This document shows, piece by piece, positions 24,240-37,882 of a stretch of DNA of 64,000 nt; the first letter of the stretch is position 1; each line of letters begins with the position of its first letter. The DNA is from Chiloscyllium plagiosum (taxonomy: Eukaryota). The position numbers and the translations under genes were made by a program. The DNA lies in contig NC_057757.1 of the NCBI RefSeq assembly GCF_004010195.1, positions 5,191,464 through 5,255,463 of the forward strand, in the 5' to 3' direction. The notes under the pieces were generated by a model. It saw only the letters and a list, made by a program, of their open reading frames with translations, had not been told where the DNA came from and searched no databases.

Positions 24240-25380
24240 TCAGGAATAACCTGCTCACTGACACTCAGTTTGTGTTGTGCAAGGGTGACTCAGTTCCTGA
24301 GTCATTATTGATGAAGGGCTTATGCCTGAAATGTCGATTCTCTGCTCCTCGGATGCTGCCTGGTCTGCTGTGCTTTTCCAGTGCCGCACTTTTCGATCCT
24401 GAGTCATTACAACCTTGTTTGAAACATAGACAAACAGTTGAACTCCAGCGGTGAGGTACAAGTGACCATGACATAAATGCTGCATTTGGCCAAATGTGGG
24501 ATCAAGACATCCTAGTAAAACTACAATCAATGCGACTCAGGGAGGTGGGACCGAGTCTCCTTTGGTTGGAGTCCAACCTGGCGCGAAGGAAGATGGTCGT
24601 GGTTGTCGGAAGTCAGATATCTCAGTTCCAGGACATTTCTGCTGGAGTTCCTCCAGGTAATATTCTGGCCCAACCATCTTCAGCTGCTTCATCAATGACT
24701 TACTGTCCAACATCAGATCAGAAGTAGAGATGTTTGCTGATGATTGCTCAATGCTACTCCTCAGGTACTGAAATGGCCATGTCCATTTGCAGTAAGACCT
24801 GGTCAACATCTAAGCTTGGGTTGATAAGTGGCAAACAGCATTCATGCCACATAACGGCCATCTCCAAGAAGAGAAAATCACACCTTGACATTTAATGGCA
24901 TTACCATCACGAAACACCCAAATATCCTGGGGGGTTACCATTGACCAGAAATTGAATACAGACCAGCTCTGTGGCTACAGGATCACCTCATAAGCTAGGA
25001 AATCTATGGCAAATAACTCACTTCCTATCTCTCCAAAGCCTGTCTACCATCTATAAGGCACAAATCAGAAGTGTGATAGAATACCCTCCACTTGCCTGGA
25101 TGAATACAACTCAAAAAGCACTTGAGAAACTCAACATTATTCAGGACAAAGCACCCCTTCTTCACTGGCACCCTATCTACACTTCAATATTCACTCTCTC
25201 CAATGCGAGCAGTGAGTACTGGCTACAAGATGCACTGCTGTAACTCACCAGAGGAACAAAAGTAGGAAGCGTATGGGAGCACCACAACCTAAATGGTCTT
25301 CTCAAAGTCAAACACCACCTTGACTGGGAAATCTATTGCATTCTTTTATCATCACCGTTGCAAAAACCTGGAATATTTTC
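24240..25380 (+). mobile_element. Non-LTR retrotransposon RT fragment with a PLE-terminus insert at about 24305-24396
   Basis: SAGVP.G.IL.P, MFADDC and LSTIYKAQIRSVIEY motifs across frameshifts. Confidence 0.75.
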
Positions 25381-25500
25381 ATTTTTCGCGGGATGTGGCC
25401 ATTGATGGTTTGGCCATCATTTCGATTCATTATTATTTAGCTATTCCATCCTTAACTGCCCTTGAATTGAGCAGCTTAAGAGTCAACCACATTGCTATGG

Positions 25501-26297
25501 TATGACGTAGGGTGTGTGATTAATATATATTCCAGTATCATTTATTTTTGTGATTGGATTTTTGAATTTTGAACTCATAGCACATGGGGTTTTTTGTGTG
25601 ACTGTTCGATTTTAATAAATAACTTGCAAGTATTTATTTTAAAATAGTTTGGTGAGAGAACCAAGTCGTGACAGGTTCTTGTTTACAGTGGAAGAGTTCA
25701 CAAATGAACAAAATACACACTGTAGGACATTGGGCTTTCTGATGGAAAATTCTGAATTTGTTTTTGTTAATTTAAGGGGGAAATGCTTATAGCTTGAGAG
25801 AAATCTTTCAGTTTTGGTTTCATTTTGCGGCACCACAGGTTTTTAGCTGAAGATGCATTTGTAAAGCAATTGCACCTGTGAAAGGGAAAAATTGGTTTAG
25901 ATTTGTTAGAAGTAAAGAGTTCAGTAACAGTTCCATGTCAGCAGTGTTTGGGTAAACCAACAAGTTGCCTTAAATGTATAGAGAAGATGCAGAAAGAAAT
26001 TCTCTCATGTGAATATTGTTTGGGAAACTGTAAAGGAATATTTTTGAGATTAATGCGATTACAATTCTTACTATGTGTTTCAAAATCTTTAAACGTGCAT
26101 TAAATGTTTATTCTATTTTGTCTTCATTTCCTCTGCAAAATAAATCTGTTTAATTGTTAAAATACAAATCTGCAACACTGCATACATGTATTTCAGTGAG
26201 AGTTTACCTCATTAAAGCCAAAGGTAAATACAAAATCAAGCCAGATTTTGATCTAGAAACGGACTTATCCAGTAATAAATTTAGGTGACTCACAACA
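25501..26297. mobile_element. Probable solo LTR (about 800 bp)
   Basis: Interrupts a repeat that reads agagtcaaccacattgct | gtgggtc; ends in ...CACAACA; internal AATAAA; near-TSD ATGG/GTGG. Confidence 0.45.
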
Positions 26298-28004
26298 GTG
26301 GGTCAAGAGTCATGTGAGATCTTGACCAGATGAGAATGGAAGATTACCTTCCTGAAAAGATACTAATAAATCAGCGGTAGTTTGGCAGTGTTCAGATTTA
26401 TTGAGTTCAAATTCCACCATCTGTCACAGTGGTACTTCAACTGATGTCTTCCAGAAAATTATTGTGGGCCTCTGGATTATAGATCCAGTGATATTACCAC
26501 TGCACCCACATCTCCTAGTTACTCTGTGCTTCTGTTTTGTGGTGTTTACATTGACAGTGGAGGGTAAAATTGTAAAATAACAGGCAGCCAAGAAATTTGG
26601 AATTAAACATTAATTATTTCTTGCTGAAATTAAATATTCATTATTGTACATGTTTTATTTAGCCGCAGAAGGCTTGAGCTGAGACCAGTCCAATGCAAGG
26701 GGGTTTGTACTTTTGTGACCCACTGGCAGTTGAAGGGTTAATAACAAGAAAAGTAAAGAATTGCATTTGTGTAATACTTTCTCACAACCGCCGAATATCT
26801 TCAAACATTTTATACGCAATTTAGCCCTTAATGAAGAGTAGTCACTGTTGTAATGTAGCAACTGTGATATAGTGGTCCCAAGCCACGTATGAAACTAGAC
26901 ACCAATATGTTTCCTGATCATTTATTAGCCACAGATCGCAGCATTATCTTTGTTTGCTCACTAGTACTTCCCTCCTGTGTAGCACCAGTCTCTCTTTATG
27001 CCTTTCTGATCAATCACAAATGAATGAAGAAATTCACATCAAGGTTTGGATGGGTTGGGTTGGGGCAGGATCAGGGGTGGGGGGAGTGATGCGATGCCCT
27101 TTTGAAATGCCTGCACAGTCTCAATGGTCCGAATGGTCTCCTTCTGAGTTAAAGTAGCCGAGGTACAGCTTTAAGTCAAAACAAATCTTGTCTGAGCAGT
27201 CCTCATTTAGCCCGAGTGTCCATGCAAATGTTTACTGCACACTTGCCAGCTTCAGATCAGTGTCAGTGACACGGATACAGCCTCTGCTATTTACAACCAA
27301 GGCTCTCTACGATCCCTTTGTCGCATCTCTGACAATTCCAAGGCTTATCTGATTGGACAGGTCCTGCAAACAAGTACACATGGGCTGATTGATTACTGTG
27401 CATGCGGTGACTCTGGCAGTTCGACATGTTCTGCAGCACGTAGGAGGCTGCCTTTGGCTGGAAGCCCACATTTCTACAAAGAATTCACCTAGGTTTCCTT
27501 TCTTGGAGCACTGCATACAAATAACAAAGGCTGGAGCCCTCAAAAGTGTGTGCCTCAGGATTGAGATGTCCCCGCTGAGCCTACTGGCTCTGCCAGATGT
27601 CTGTCCTCCTCCAGGAATGATTACACTTGATGACCCTGGGTTGACCTGGCAGATTGCCTTGTGGGATCTTTGATGATTCTGAGACAAAGGACTGTCTGGA
27701 AAGTTTACATCAGTGATCTGGCGTCTCTCTGGGTGGTTGTAGCGGTGGGACCGGCACCAGTTCTACAGAATTTGACCCAATACTACCTCATGACCCTAGG
27801 TCTCTCATTCAACATTCTATTCATTATTATTTATAGACAGGGCAGTTTGGCGTCAGGTTTTGCTATCGGCAGAGGTAGTAAACACACCATTTTTGTAGTT
27901 GACTGTGTTTTTTTAATCTCTGCATAGTTCAAACAACATGCAACAAGCACTATGGAATCGAATTCCAAACAGTACTCTGGGACAAGGTGTCAACTGAAAT
28001 ACAG

Positions 28005-28205
28005 AGTAGACAAGCATGAGGCTGGAAGAACACGGCAAGCCAGGCAGCATCAGCAGGTGGGGAAGTCAATGTTTTGGGTGTGATCCAGCTTCAGGACCTG
28101 AAACATTGACTTGTCCACCTGCTGATGCTGTCTGGCTTACTGTATTCTTCCAACCTCCTGCTTGTCAACCTTGGTTTCTAGCGTCTGCAGTTTTTTTTGC
28201 CTCAA
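28005..28205. mobile_element. Palindromic PLE-terminus insert (family D)
   Basis: Inverted arms ggctggaagaacac.gcaagccaggcagcatc; ctgaaatac duplicated on both flanks; same family at 58605 and 63330. Confidence 0.65.
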
Positions 28206-28209
28206 GCTG

Positions 28210-28790
28210 AGCTGAAATACTCACGTCTGGCAGCATCCATGGACAGAAAGCAGAGTTAACATTTCAGGTCCACTGACCCTTCTTGAGAACTGATTGTAGC
28301 TAGAAAACTGTTAGTATACATGCTGAAGATGGGGTGGGGAGGGGGGTAAACAATAGGTGGACGAGATGCCCAGAGAGAGAAAAACAGTTGAGCAGAGGAA
28401 GGAATAGGTAAAGGTCAGTCTGAAGAATCAATGGTTGCTAATGAGGACCATAAGTCGCTTACAATAGGATGGCTATGTCAGTAACCCATTTGAATAATAA
28501 TGTGGAGTTTGGAGTAGGGGCATAGGAGAAGGTGCTCAAGCCCAAAAATGATTTAACTCAATATTGAGTCCAAGAGGCTGCAGGGTCGTCAAGCAGAAAA
28601 TAAGGTGCTGTTCTTTCAGCTTATGCTGAGCTTTGCTGGAGCATTGCAGCAGGCCTGAGACAGAGATAATGGCCAGGGAACATAGTGGTATGTTGAAGTG
28701 ACAGGTAATTGGAAGCTCCGTCTTTTTTGTGGACAGAACGTAGCTGTTCCACAAAGCGGTCACCCAGTCTGTGTTTCATTTCCCCAGTGA
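28210..28790 (-). mobile_element. Penelope-like element 3' fragment (GIY-YIG plus terminus)
   Basis: LPITCHFN..CSLA.ISVSGLLQCSSKAQHKLKEQHLIFCLTTLQPLGLNIE; degenerate hammerhead core near 28255-28290. Confidence 0.75.
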
Positions 28791-28857
28791 GTCTACACCA
28801 GGATCACTGGATGTAGTTTTGGTATTCTTACCTAGGGAAAGATATACTTGCCATTAG

Positions 28858-29090
28858 GGTCTATTCCCAAGGATGCACAACAAGACAAGCATCAACTGCA
28901 TCAGGAAGAGCATCAAATACGCTCTTTGGCCTACCTGAAACCTATTAGTCTTCCAGTGCAAAGTGTTGGCCTTGACTGACGCTTGCAGTCAGACACATTT
29001 CAAGGTCCAGGACTATGTGCTGAAGGACGCACTAAAGCTTGGGGCAGCAGCTGCAAAGGCGCAATGGGGAAAGACCACTGTCTAAGGTCT
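28858..29090 (+). mobile_element. Tx1-like LINE ORF2 C-terminal fragment
   Basis: ALW...NLLVFQCK...KVQDYVLKDALKLGAAAAKAQWGKTTV*. Confidence 0.65.
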
Positions 29091-29324
29091 TTCTGTAAAA
29101 ATATAACGGATCTCTGTTAAGTTTCAAGATAGCCTTATGGGAATATAGATTCCTTTCATGATTAAAAAAAATGCTCTTTTGTTGCAACTGGATTGAAGCA
29201 GTAAAAATGTATTTCAAAATTTCATGATTTTCTGCAAAGTCTGTATTGATCTGTGTTGCAATTGCTTCTTTTTACAGATATTTTATGTTTATTTTTGATA
29301 TGTGGAACAAATGTTCACCAAGGT

Positions 29325-30540
29325 GATGGGATTGAGGAGAGATTGAGGAAACTGGGCCTGCATTTTCTGGAGTCTAGAGGAATGAGAGATGATCTCATGC
29401 AAACATACAAAATCCTCGCCAAGGACTGGCAGGCTAGATGCTGGAAGGATATTTCCACTGGCTATAGGGGTTGAGGGCTCTAGTGAACACACACAGTCTC
29501 GGAAATGGGGCAGACCACTTTAGAATGAAATGAGGAGGAATTTCTTCACTCAGAGAGTGATAATATTTGGAATTCTATTCCCCAGAGGGCTGTAGAGACT
29601 CAGTCATTGAGTATGTTCAAGGCAGAGATCGATAAAGACATCAAGGGATATGGCGATAAGATGGGAAATGGTGCTGAAATGTAAGGGTCAGCTATTATGT
29701 CATGGGTTCAAAGGGCTAAATTGCTGATATCTACTTCTATTTATTCTAATTTTATTGTTTTATTACAGGAAATGCAAAAGTCAAATTGTGCACAGCAACC
29801 CCCTTCAAATGGCAATATGATAATCAGCCAGATCATCTCAATTTTTCACGATGTTGATTATGGGACAAAAAGGTACATAATTCTTTGAAGTTGGCATCAC
29901 ATAAGATGGATGGTAAAAAAGACATTTAGCATGCTTGCCTTCATTGCTCAGTCCTTTGAGTATAGGAATTGAAAGTCATGTTGAGGTTGTACAGGACATT
30001 GGTGAGGCCTCTTCTGGAATAATGTGTCACTATAACGCCCAGTAAAAAGAAGGAAATTATTAAGCTGGACAGGGTTCAGAAGACATTTACCAGGACGTTG
30101 CCGGGTATGGGAGGTTTGAGTTACAATGAAAGGCTGGGATTATTTTCATGGAGTGTAGGTGGTTGAGAGGCAACCTTATAGAAGTTTATAAAATCCAGAG
30201 GGGCACAGATAGAGTTAATATGGTAGTTGTCTTGTCTCTGGGAAGATGGATTCAAGACCGGGGGCATATTTTTAAGGTGAGAGGAGAGAGATTTAAAAAG
30301 ACATGAGGGGCAAATGTTTTACACAGAGGGTGGTTCACGTGTGGAATGAACTTTATGAGGAAGTGTTGGATGTCAGTACAATGTTGAAAAGATGTTTGGG
30401 TAAGTACATGAAAAGGAAAGGTTTGGAGGGATATGGGCCAGCAACAGGCAGGTGGGACTAGTTTAGTTTGGGGTTATGTTTGGCATGAACTAGTTGGACC
30501 GAAAGATCTGCTTCCATGCTGTATGTCTCTATGACTCTAT
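29325..30540 (+). mobile_element. Two CR1 LINE 3' fragments (29325-29740 and 29900-30540)
   Basis: EERLRKLGL..LE.RGMR.DL..TYKIL; ctctatgactctat tail. Confidence 0.8.
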
Positions 30541-30836
30541 TGGCTTCAAGCCTCCTCTCTTCAACACGGAGCCTTTGCATCTTTTACATTCACTTACGTA
30601 GATCACTGGGACGTCACTTTAATGTATAATCTGAAAGACAACAGGGACAAAACTTCCAAGCAGCAGAATCAAAGAGCCATATAGTGGTAAGCAACAAGTT
30701 ATTAGTGGAAACCATACATTGCCAAACAGATGCTTGTAATATCTTCTCAACCCCAAATGCATTTTTCTGCACAAACACTGGCAAACACCATGTGGAAAAC
30801 ATGCAGGCTTCCAGGCAATTGTCGGCAAACATTTTG

Positions 30837-30838
<2 letters not shown>

Positions 30839-30871
<33 letters not shown>
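30839..30871. repeat. (CA)n microsatellite
   Basis: Uninterrupted AC run. Confidence 0.95.
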
Positions 30872-30873
<2 letters not shown>

Positions 30874-31859
30874 CAGTAACCAGAGACATCGGAATTGTTG
30901 CAATTTCCATTTGGATGCCCACCGATTTGGGAATCATGAGCATCTCCGATTTCCATTCGCAACTGTGCCTTCAGCTGCTTGGTTCCCAACCTCTGGAATT
31001 CCCTCTCGAAACCTCTCCACCTTTCTCTCTCCCTCTCTGTCTCTCTCTCTCTCTCTCCGTCTCTTTGCTCCTTAAAAATTTCCCTCAAAATGACCTCTTT
31101 GACAATGCTTTTGATCACCTGTTCTCGCATCCACAAATATGGTGCCAAGTCTAGGACTGAGTAGATTCTAGGGAAGCACCTTGAGACAATGAACTACTTT
31201 AAGATGCTATGTAAATTTCAGTTATTGATGGGGAGTTTAAAAATAAAGTTGTTTACTCAGCTACAGTGGAAAGAAATCTGAATGCTATTAAAAATATCTT
31301 TTGGCAAATGCAGGGATTTCTTTGTTGCTTGTTCATTCTTGAGTCATAGAGTCATACAGCATGGAAACAGACCCTTTGGTCTGAGATGTGAATATCACTG
31401 GGAAGGCTCTTGTTTATTGCCCATCCCTACTACTTGCCTTGTTTTTGAATGGTTTATACGACTGGGCAACTTTTCCAACTCAACGGGAAGAATAATAACG
31501 ATTCATGAATGGATGAGTGGCACTGGGAAGTTCACCATCTCCCATGCTGCAGATGGGGCTGCACTGCGATGAGCAGGTTCAACTCCAGAATTCTGTCCCT
31601 CAGCATTCGAGATGTTGGAATATGGGTTGCGTCTCCAGGAGAAGAGAGTATGTTGCCTACATCCAGCCAAGACTGTCGAAGAACAGAATGCTGACTGATG
31701 CTGGAAATCTCAATTCCAAATGGAAAATGTTCAGCAGGTCTCCTTCTTTCCTTCATGGAAATTGCTGTTAAAACAGGAATTTGTTGCTCATCCCTAATTG
31801 CTTGTAAATTAAGTGCTTGCTGGGCCATTGCGGAGGGCAGTTAAAAGCCCACAGATTAA

Positions 31860-32220
31860 GAAAGGTCTGTGTTTCAGCTCTCAACTTCTCCCTCCATCAG
31901 CATCGCCTTACGCTGGCTCAGAGCTGCCCTGCACTCCCTCCCTAACTCTATTTCATCCTCATTTGACATTCCAACAAGAAGCATTTCCTTTTCCTTTCAA
32001 GCATTAAGGAACGCAAGATGCACCCACACCCCTCTGGAACCTTCCTCTCCTCCCCTCCCCTCTGACTCCATCCCATCTCCTAACCCCAATTCCTGTCATG
32101 TACTTACTATCTCTTCTGACCTCCTGCTCTCTGATGCCGAACGTTCTGTACTCAGCAATGGTCTTAGTTTCATCCTCCTGCACCCCCACTTCAATGAATT
32201 TCAGGCATGACATCACATTG
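31860..32220 (+). mobile_element. Penelope-like ORF N-terminal fragment
   Basis: VLTISSDLLLSDAERSVLSNGLSFI resembles the pre-RT motif of PLE ORFs. Confidence 0.55.
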
Positions 32221-32354
32221 AACCTTTTACTTTTTCCCCAATCCCCAACCTCTTTACTGAGACTCAGGGTTCAATTTAGATTTAGTACTTGGTATCTAAA
32301 TTTAAAGGTTGGTTCAAACATAGAATAGCTTAGAGTCACAGTCAGATCAAGGAT

Positions 32355-32561
32355 ATAGTGCCGGAAAAGTACAGCAGGTCAGGAGCATCTGAGGAGCAGG
32401 AGAATCGATGTTTCGGGCATAAGCCCTTCATGAATCCTGATGAAGGGTTTATGCCTGAAACGTCGATTCTCCTGCTCCTCGGATGCTGCCTGACCTGCTG
32501 TGTTTTTCCAGCACTACACTCTCGACTCTGATCTCCAGCATGTGCAGTCCTCACTTTCTCC
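32355..32561. mobile_element. Palindromic PLE-terminus insert (family A) with head-to-head hammerhead cores
   Basis: Perfect 12-bp TSD CAGATCAAGGAT (32343-32354 / 32562-32573); plus-strand core at 32437-32464. Confidence 0.85.
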
Positions 32562-33863
32562 CAGATCAAGGATGGTCTAAGTTTAGAGTTAGAACTGGCT
32601 TTAGGCTTAGAAATATGGTTAGGCTTATGGCAGTTTAGGATTATGTTAATATTTCCTCAGATGTTGACTTTTTTGATTTCCAAATTAAGTTTTCTTTTTA
32701 AAAAGTAGCACAAAACTTTCAATAACACAACTCCCTGTCTATAGGTCTGTCAATATTTATTCTCAAGGATTACCCTTGAAGATCTTGATGTAATATTGAG
32801 ATGCCTTTGGAATTTAACTGCTGTTAAATCAGCACCTTCAATAGCAGAAAGAGAAAATAGAAAGGACACTGGTGGTGGTTGGGATTTTTAAGAGGATGAC
32901 ACAGCTAAACGAAATCATCAATCCTTACAAAACCTCGGTATTCAGGAGGTTAACCATTTGCAAACAGATTTTGGGAGGTATGACAGCAGTATAGTGGCCA
33001 GTGGGTGCACAGACTTACCACAGCATGGTCTCATCTGCTTTCAGTATCACTAAGCAAACAAAACTCTAATGGGATTAACCTTTAACCCCTGGGCAAGCTG
33101 AGCTATCTAGATTTGACAATCACAGGCGCCGTGTTTTGTTGACAGACGCCTAACATAAAGGCGACTGTGGAATGCCGAGTATTTGTGGCTGCTGTGGGGA
33201 CTCTTGGCAATGTTCCCTTCCACAGACACCCACTCGCAGCGACTGTCTTGTCTCTGTCCTCCACCACCCCCTCACCCGCCAAACCCTCCACCCAGCCCGA
33301 GTAGAATGAACTTTTAAGAGATCACAGCTATAGTCACCTTGACTTTCCAAGTATCATTAAATAGATTCAAGTCTCAAATTGTTCAGCTGAAAGTGAAGGG
33401 AGACATAAAGAACCTGTCATCGTGACAACAAAACTGATATTTCAGGCATAGCAGCAAAGAATTGGAACTGACATACCGCCTGATGTAAGAAGCCTCATCA
33501 TGGCATGTATCTATGGCAACAAATGAACTTAAAACATCCCAAAGCACAATACTGGACTGCCAGAAAATAAGCAACATTTGATACTAAGCCATAAAAAGGA
33601 AGAGTGACAAGGGCACAGCTACAAATGCTGGGACAATTAAAATCGGGAATGTGCAACGGGCTAGCGTTGTGTTAAGTGTCACACTCAATATACCTTTAAG
33701 GGACATGCTCATGACATCATCACTGTACCATAACATATAACCTGAAGATATCATACTCCATCTTGTCGCAGGTCACTTAAAACCTGACAGGCTAATCTCT
33801 TATCTTAATATTAGATGCATACGGGCCTCAAGAATATAATATTCATACATATATTCTTCAATA

Positions 33864-34155
33864 TAACGATATTGGGGTGGCACAATGGTCAGCACTGCTG
33901 CCTCACAGTGCCAGAGACCCAGGTTCGATTCCCACCTCGGGTGACTGTCTGTGTCGAGTTTGCACATTCTCCCCATGTGGGTTTTCTCCAGGTGCTCTGG
34001 TTTCCTCCCAAAATCCAAAGATGTACAGGTCAGGTGAATTGGCCATGCTAGGTTGTCCATAGTGTTAGGTGCATTAGTTAGGGGAATGGGTCTGGGTGGG
34101 TTACTCGGTGTGGACTTGTTGGGCCAAAGGGTCTGTTTTCATACTGTAGGGAACC
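33864..34155 (+). mobile_element. HE1-type SINE
   Basis: Family head, central domain and tail. Confidence 0.85.
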
Positions 34156-37100
34156 TTAAAAAAATTATCAATCCTCAGTTTACATTTTTACTTATTCATA
34201 GGACTTTGGAACGTTAGCTAGCCCAGCATTTATTGCCCATCCCTAAATGCCTAATGGGCAGTCAAGAATCAACCAGATGTCTAGAACCACCCTGGACTCT
34301 GTGGGCCTAGAGTCACACGTAGGTCAGACTAAGTAAGGGCAACAGTTTCAGTTCCTAAGGGACATTAGTGAATCAGATGGGTTTTCTCCCTGATAATCTG
34401 GCAACAGCTTTCCGGACGTCATTAGACTCTCAATTCCAGGTTTTTATTGAATTAAAATTCCAACACTTGACATGGCTTGAACTCAGGTCCCTAGAACATT
34501 TCCTGAGTGTCTAGATTAACAGTTTAGTGATAAGACCACTGGCCATTGCCCTCCCCTCCTTGTTCGATTAAGGGAGATGCCTTAATTGATGTTAGATTAC
34601 GTACAAGACCCTGCTGGAAGCAAACTCCCCAATCAGAGCCAGAGGCCAGAGTGCAGACATGTCAGAAGGCAAAGATGGGACTTGTAAACACCAGTGTAAG
34701 TTGGTCAGTATCAGTTAGAGAATGGTGGGTTTTTACTACAAGCCATGCCTTCAGCAACCTGGGTCCTAAATTCTGGAATTAGCTCTCTAAACCTCTCTTT
34801 CACTCCTCCACTTCATTCCAACAAACTGAACTCTTTGACCAAGCTTTTGGTCATCTGTCCCTAATATCAGCAGATTTTGCTTTACACCACTCTGTGAACA
34901 GCCCTAGAGATTTCTTTTAAAGACATCAAAGGGGTTATGGAGCTGCAAAGTGTCGTTCTTGTTGACTAGTCAGGACAATATTCTGTGACAATGAAAATAA
35001 TGTTGAAGCAATTGAGTCAGACAAGACAATCTGATGAAAAATTATCACCCCTATTATTCAAGTAATAGGGTAACAACCATTCATTTTGATTCTAGCCTGC
35101 TACAATATCATTGCTGTGTGATTAACAACACCCATGGTTCCTGTTTGACAGAAAGTAAAGGAAAGAGGGTTATCAAGAACCTTTATATAGGGAGAAACTG
35201 TTTCCACTGACCGGATAATCATAAGGCACGTGATTTGATATAGTCAACGAAAATCCCAGATGGAAATGAAACTTTTTAAAAATTCAGTGAAAGACCAATG
35301 GAGACTGATTCAATGGGAATTTTCAAGAGGGGAACTGGGCAAGTCCTTAAAAAAAGATGTTTTCCATACTTATGGGCAAGGAGCCAGGACTAATTGGAGA
35401 GCTCTGCTGGGAGGTCCAGTGGTGTAATGGTTAGTGTGCCTGTCTCCACATATCGTGGAAGGTTACGGTGATGCTCTTGGACTAAGTCCTGACTTGAGCA
35501 GTGCCTCCGACCTGAGCATAGCTTCTAGAATCCCGTCATAGACCATATCACCCCTTTGTGTCCGATGTTGTGGGTTCAAGTCCCTCACTAGGACTTGATG
35601 GCCAAGGAAGATGTGTTAAAGATGTCACCTGGAAGTCCTCCTGATATATCCAGTGCAGGCATTTAGAGTTGGGCAGCCTTGGTCAGCCAGAACCATGAGG
35701 TTTCTGCAGCACAATGATCTTCTCATGTTAAAGTAAGTTAAAAACCTCGCAAACAGGGGGAATGTTGGTGGGGAAATGAAGGGGGTCAGTTCTCCATGGC
35801 AAATATTCTGCTTACTTTGAGGAAGGATAGCACAATCGCAATTGATAAATTGGCCTTCTTCTCTGTCACAATCAGGTTACTGATTCCTTTGGCGGGAAAT
35901 GTGGAAGAAGGTGACACTTTATTTTTATCTGTGATTTCAAACACGTAGGGAGGTCAGTCTGAAGCAGAGTGGTTGTGATCCATTTCATAAGACCACAAAA
36001 ATAGCAGCAAAAGTAGGCCATTCACTCTATTCAATGAGCTCATGGCTGATCTGATAATCCTCAACACCACAATCCCAAACTTTTCCCTGTAATCCTTGAT
36101 TTTCCAACTGATTGAAAGTCTATCTCAGCCCTCTGCGATAAAGAATTCCACAGACTCTTTACCCTCTGAAAGGAGAAATTCCTCTTCATCTCTGTCTGAA
36201 ATGGGTGACACTTACTCTGAGATTATGCCCATTGTCCTAGGATCTCCCATAAGCAGAAACAACCTCTGCAAAACAATAAAGGCCCTTTAATCTGTTCTGG
36301 TGTCATTGACTCTGAGATACATATTGCCCACCAGAGAACACTCCTTGCTCTTATTTAGAATAGCGTCTTTTACATCAGAATGGCAAAGCAGATAGGGGCT
36401 TTCATTTAACAGCCCAGCTAAATATTGATGTGGAGGTGCCAGTGTTGAACCAGGGTGGACACATGACACCAGGTTATAGTCCAACAGGTTTATTCGAAAT
36501 CACAAGTTTTTTTAGCATATCCCCTTCATTAGGTGAAGTGCCGCATCTCCTGTGTACCGCTCTGGAGCTTTAGCATAGAACTTGAGTCCCTCGTGTCAGA
36601 CGTGATCCACTTAACTCAAGAGTACAGCTGGCAATGAGACAAACATTGCAACAGTGTACTAAACTTCAAAAGTATATCATGAGCTGTAAACTGCTTTCCA
36701 AATCCTACAAAGAAGTCGTAATATAAATGAACAGCTTTCTTTAACAGGCAGTTTCAACCCAATTCTTTTGTGGCCCCTATTTCACGAGGGTGCTTGACAC
36801 TGCCTTCACATGCCTGCAACGTGCTGTCCTCGCTTCGTGCAACACTTCCTTCATCTCCCTTCCCTTGTCACACTCTGGCGATAACACCTCTATACTTAGA
36901 ATGCAGAGATCTGCGTCAGAGACTCTTGCGTTTTTCTGCCTGCCACAGTTCAGATCGATTACACCAGCGGTGCACTGACCAAATTTGTCCTAACAGAGCC
37001 TTAATTCTTCCTGGCTGATGCCCAGTAATCCAACTTGTTAATCTCAACTGAAATTCAATGGATGTTTCTTTGGGGGATCGAATCTCTACCTCCCTCAGCC

Positions 37101-37530
37101 AACATTGACAAAGATCTCAATGACAAGCCAAGGCTATCAGAGGCTGAAGCATCCAAGGGTAGTGGTGGCGTGGGGGGTAATTGGAAATGTGTACTTCTCA
37201 TTTTTACTCTTGCGTGAGATGTTGGCATAGCTGACTAGACTTGACAACATTTGCTGCCCATCCCTAATTGCCCTTGAACTGACTGGCTTCTTGGCGATTT
37301 CAGAGGGTAGTTAGTTAAAAGTCAATCGCATTGCTGTGCATCTGGAGTTACACCTTGGCCAGATCAGATAAGGATGACAGATGTCTAGGAATATTCAGGA
37401 CTGAATAAGAAGGAAGAAAATTATTGGAGGCGTTCGTGGAGTATAGAATTAGCAGGGGGAATCTTAAGAAAGTAATGGGAGACTAAACAGTGAAAAACAC
37501 TGCTGGGTAAAAAAAGTTAGGGAGAAGCCA

Positions 37531-37882
37531 AGGTGGCATGGTGGCTCAGTGGTTAGCATGCGGCCTCACAGCGCAAAGGACCCAGGTTTGATTCCACCAT
37601 CGAGTGACTGTTTGTGTGGAGTTTGCACATTCTCCCCATAACTGCGTGGATTTCCTCTGGGTGTTCCAGGTTCCTCTGTCAGTCCAAAGATGAGCAGGTT
37701 AGGTGGATTGACCATGCTAATCTGCCCAGGGATGTGAAAGGTTAGGTGGATTAGCCATGGGGAATGCAGGGTTAGAGGGATGGGGTAGGGGAATGGGGCT
37801 GGGTCTGAGTGGGATGCACTTTGAAGGGTTGGTGTGGACAGGCTGGACTGAATGGCCTGTTTCCACACTGTAAGGATTCTAT
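37531..37882 (+). mobile_element. HE1-type SINE inserted in CR1
   Basis: Family head, central domain and tail. Confidence 0.85.

Noticed and set aside
27170..27740. Cys-rich ORFs that might be a zinc-finger or knuckle gene
   Set aside because: No consistent motif spacing or splice signals; possibly a decayed retroelement ORF1 but not assignable by eye
32270..32650. Interstitial telomere-like TTAG-rich sequence
   Set aside because: Too degenerate; no tandem TTAGGG run
35410..35600. tRNA gene (gtggtgtaatggttag ... gggttcaagtccc)
   Set aside because: A and B boxes are too far apart with no cloverleaf; more likely a decayed SINE head
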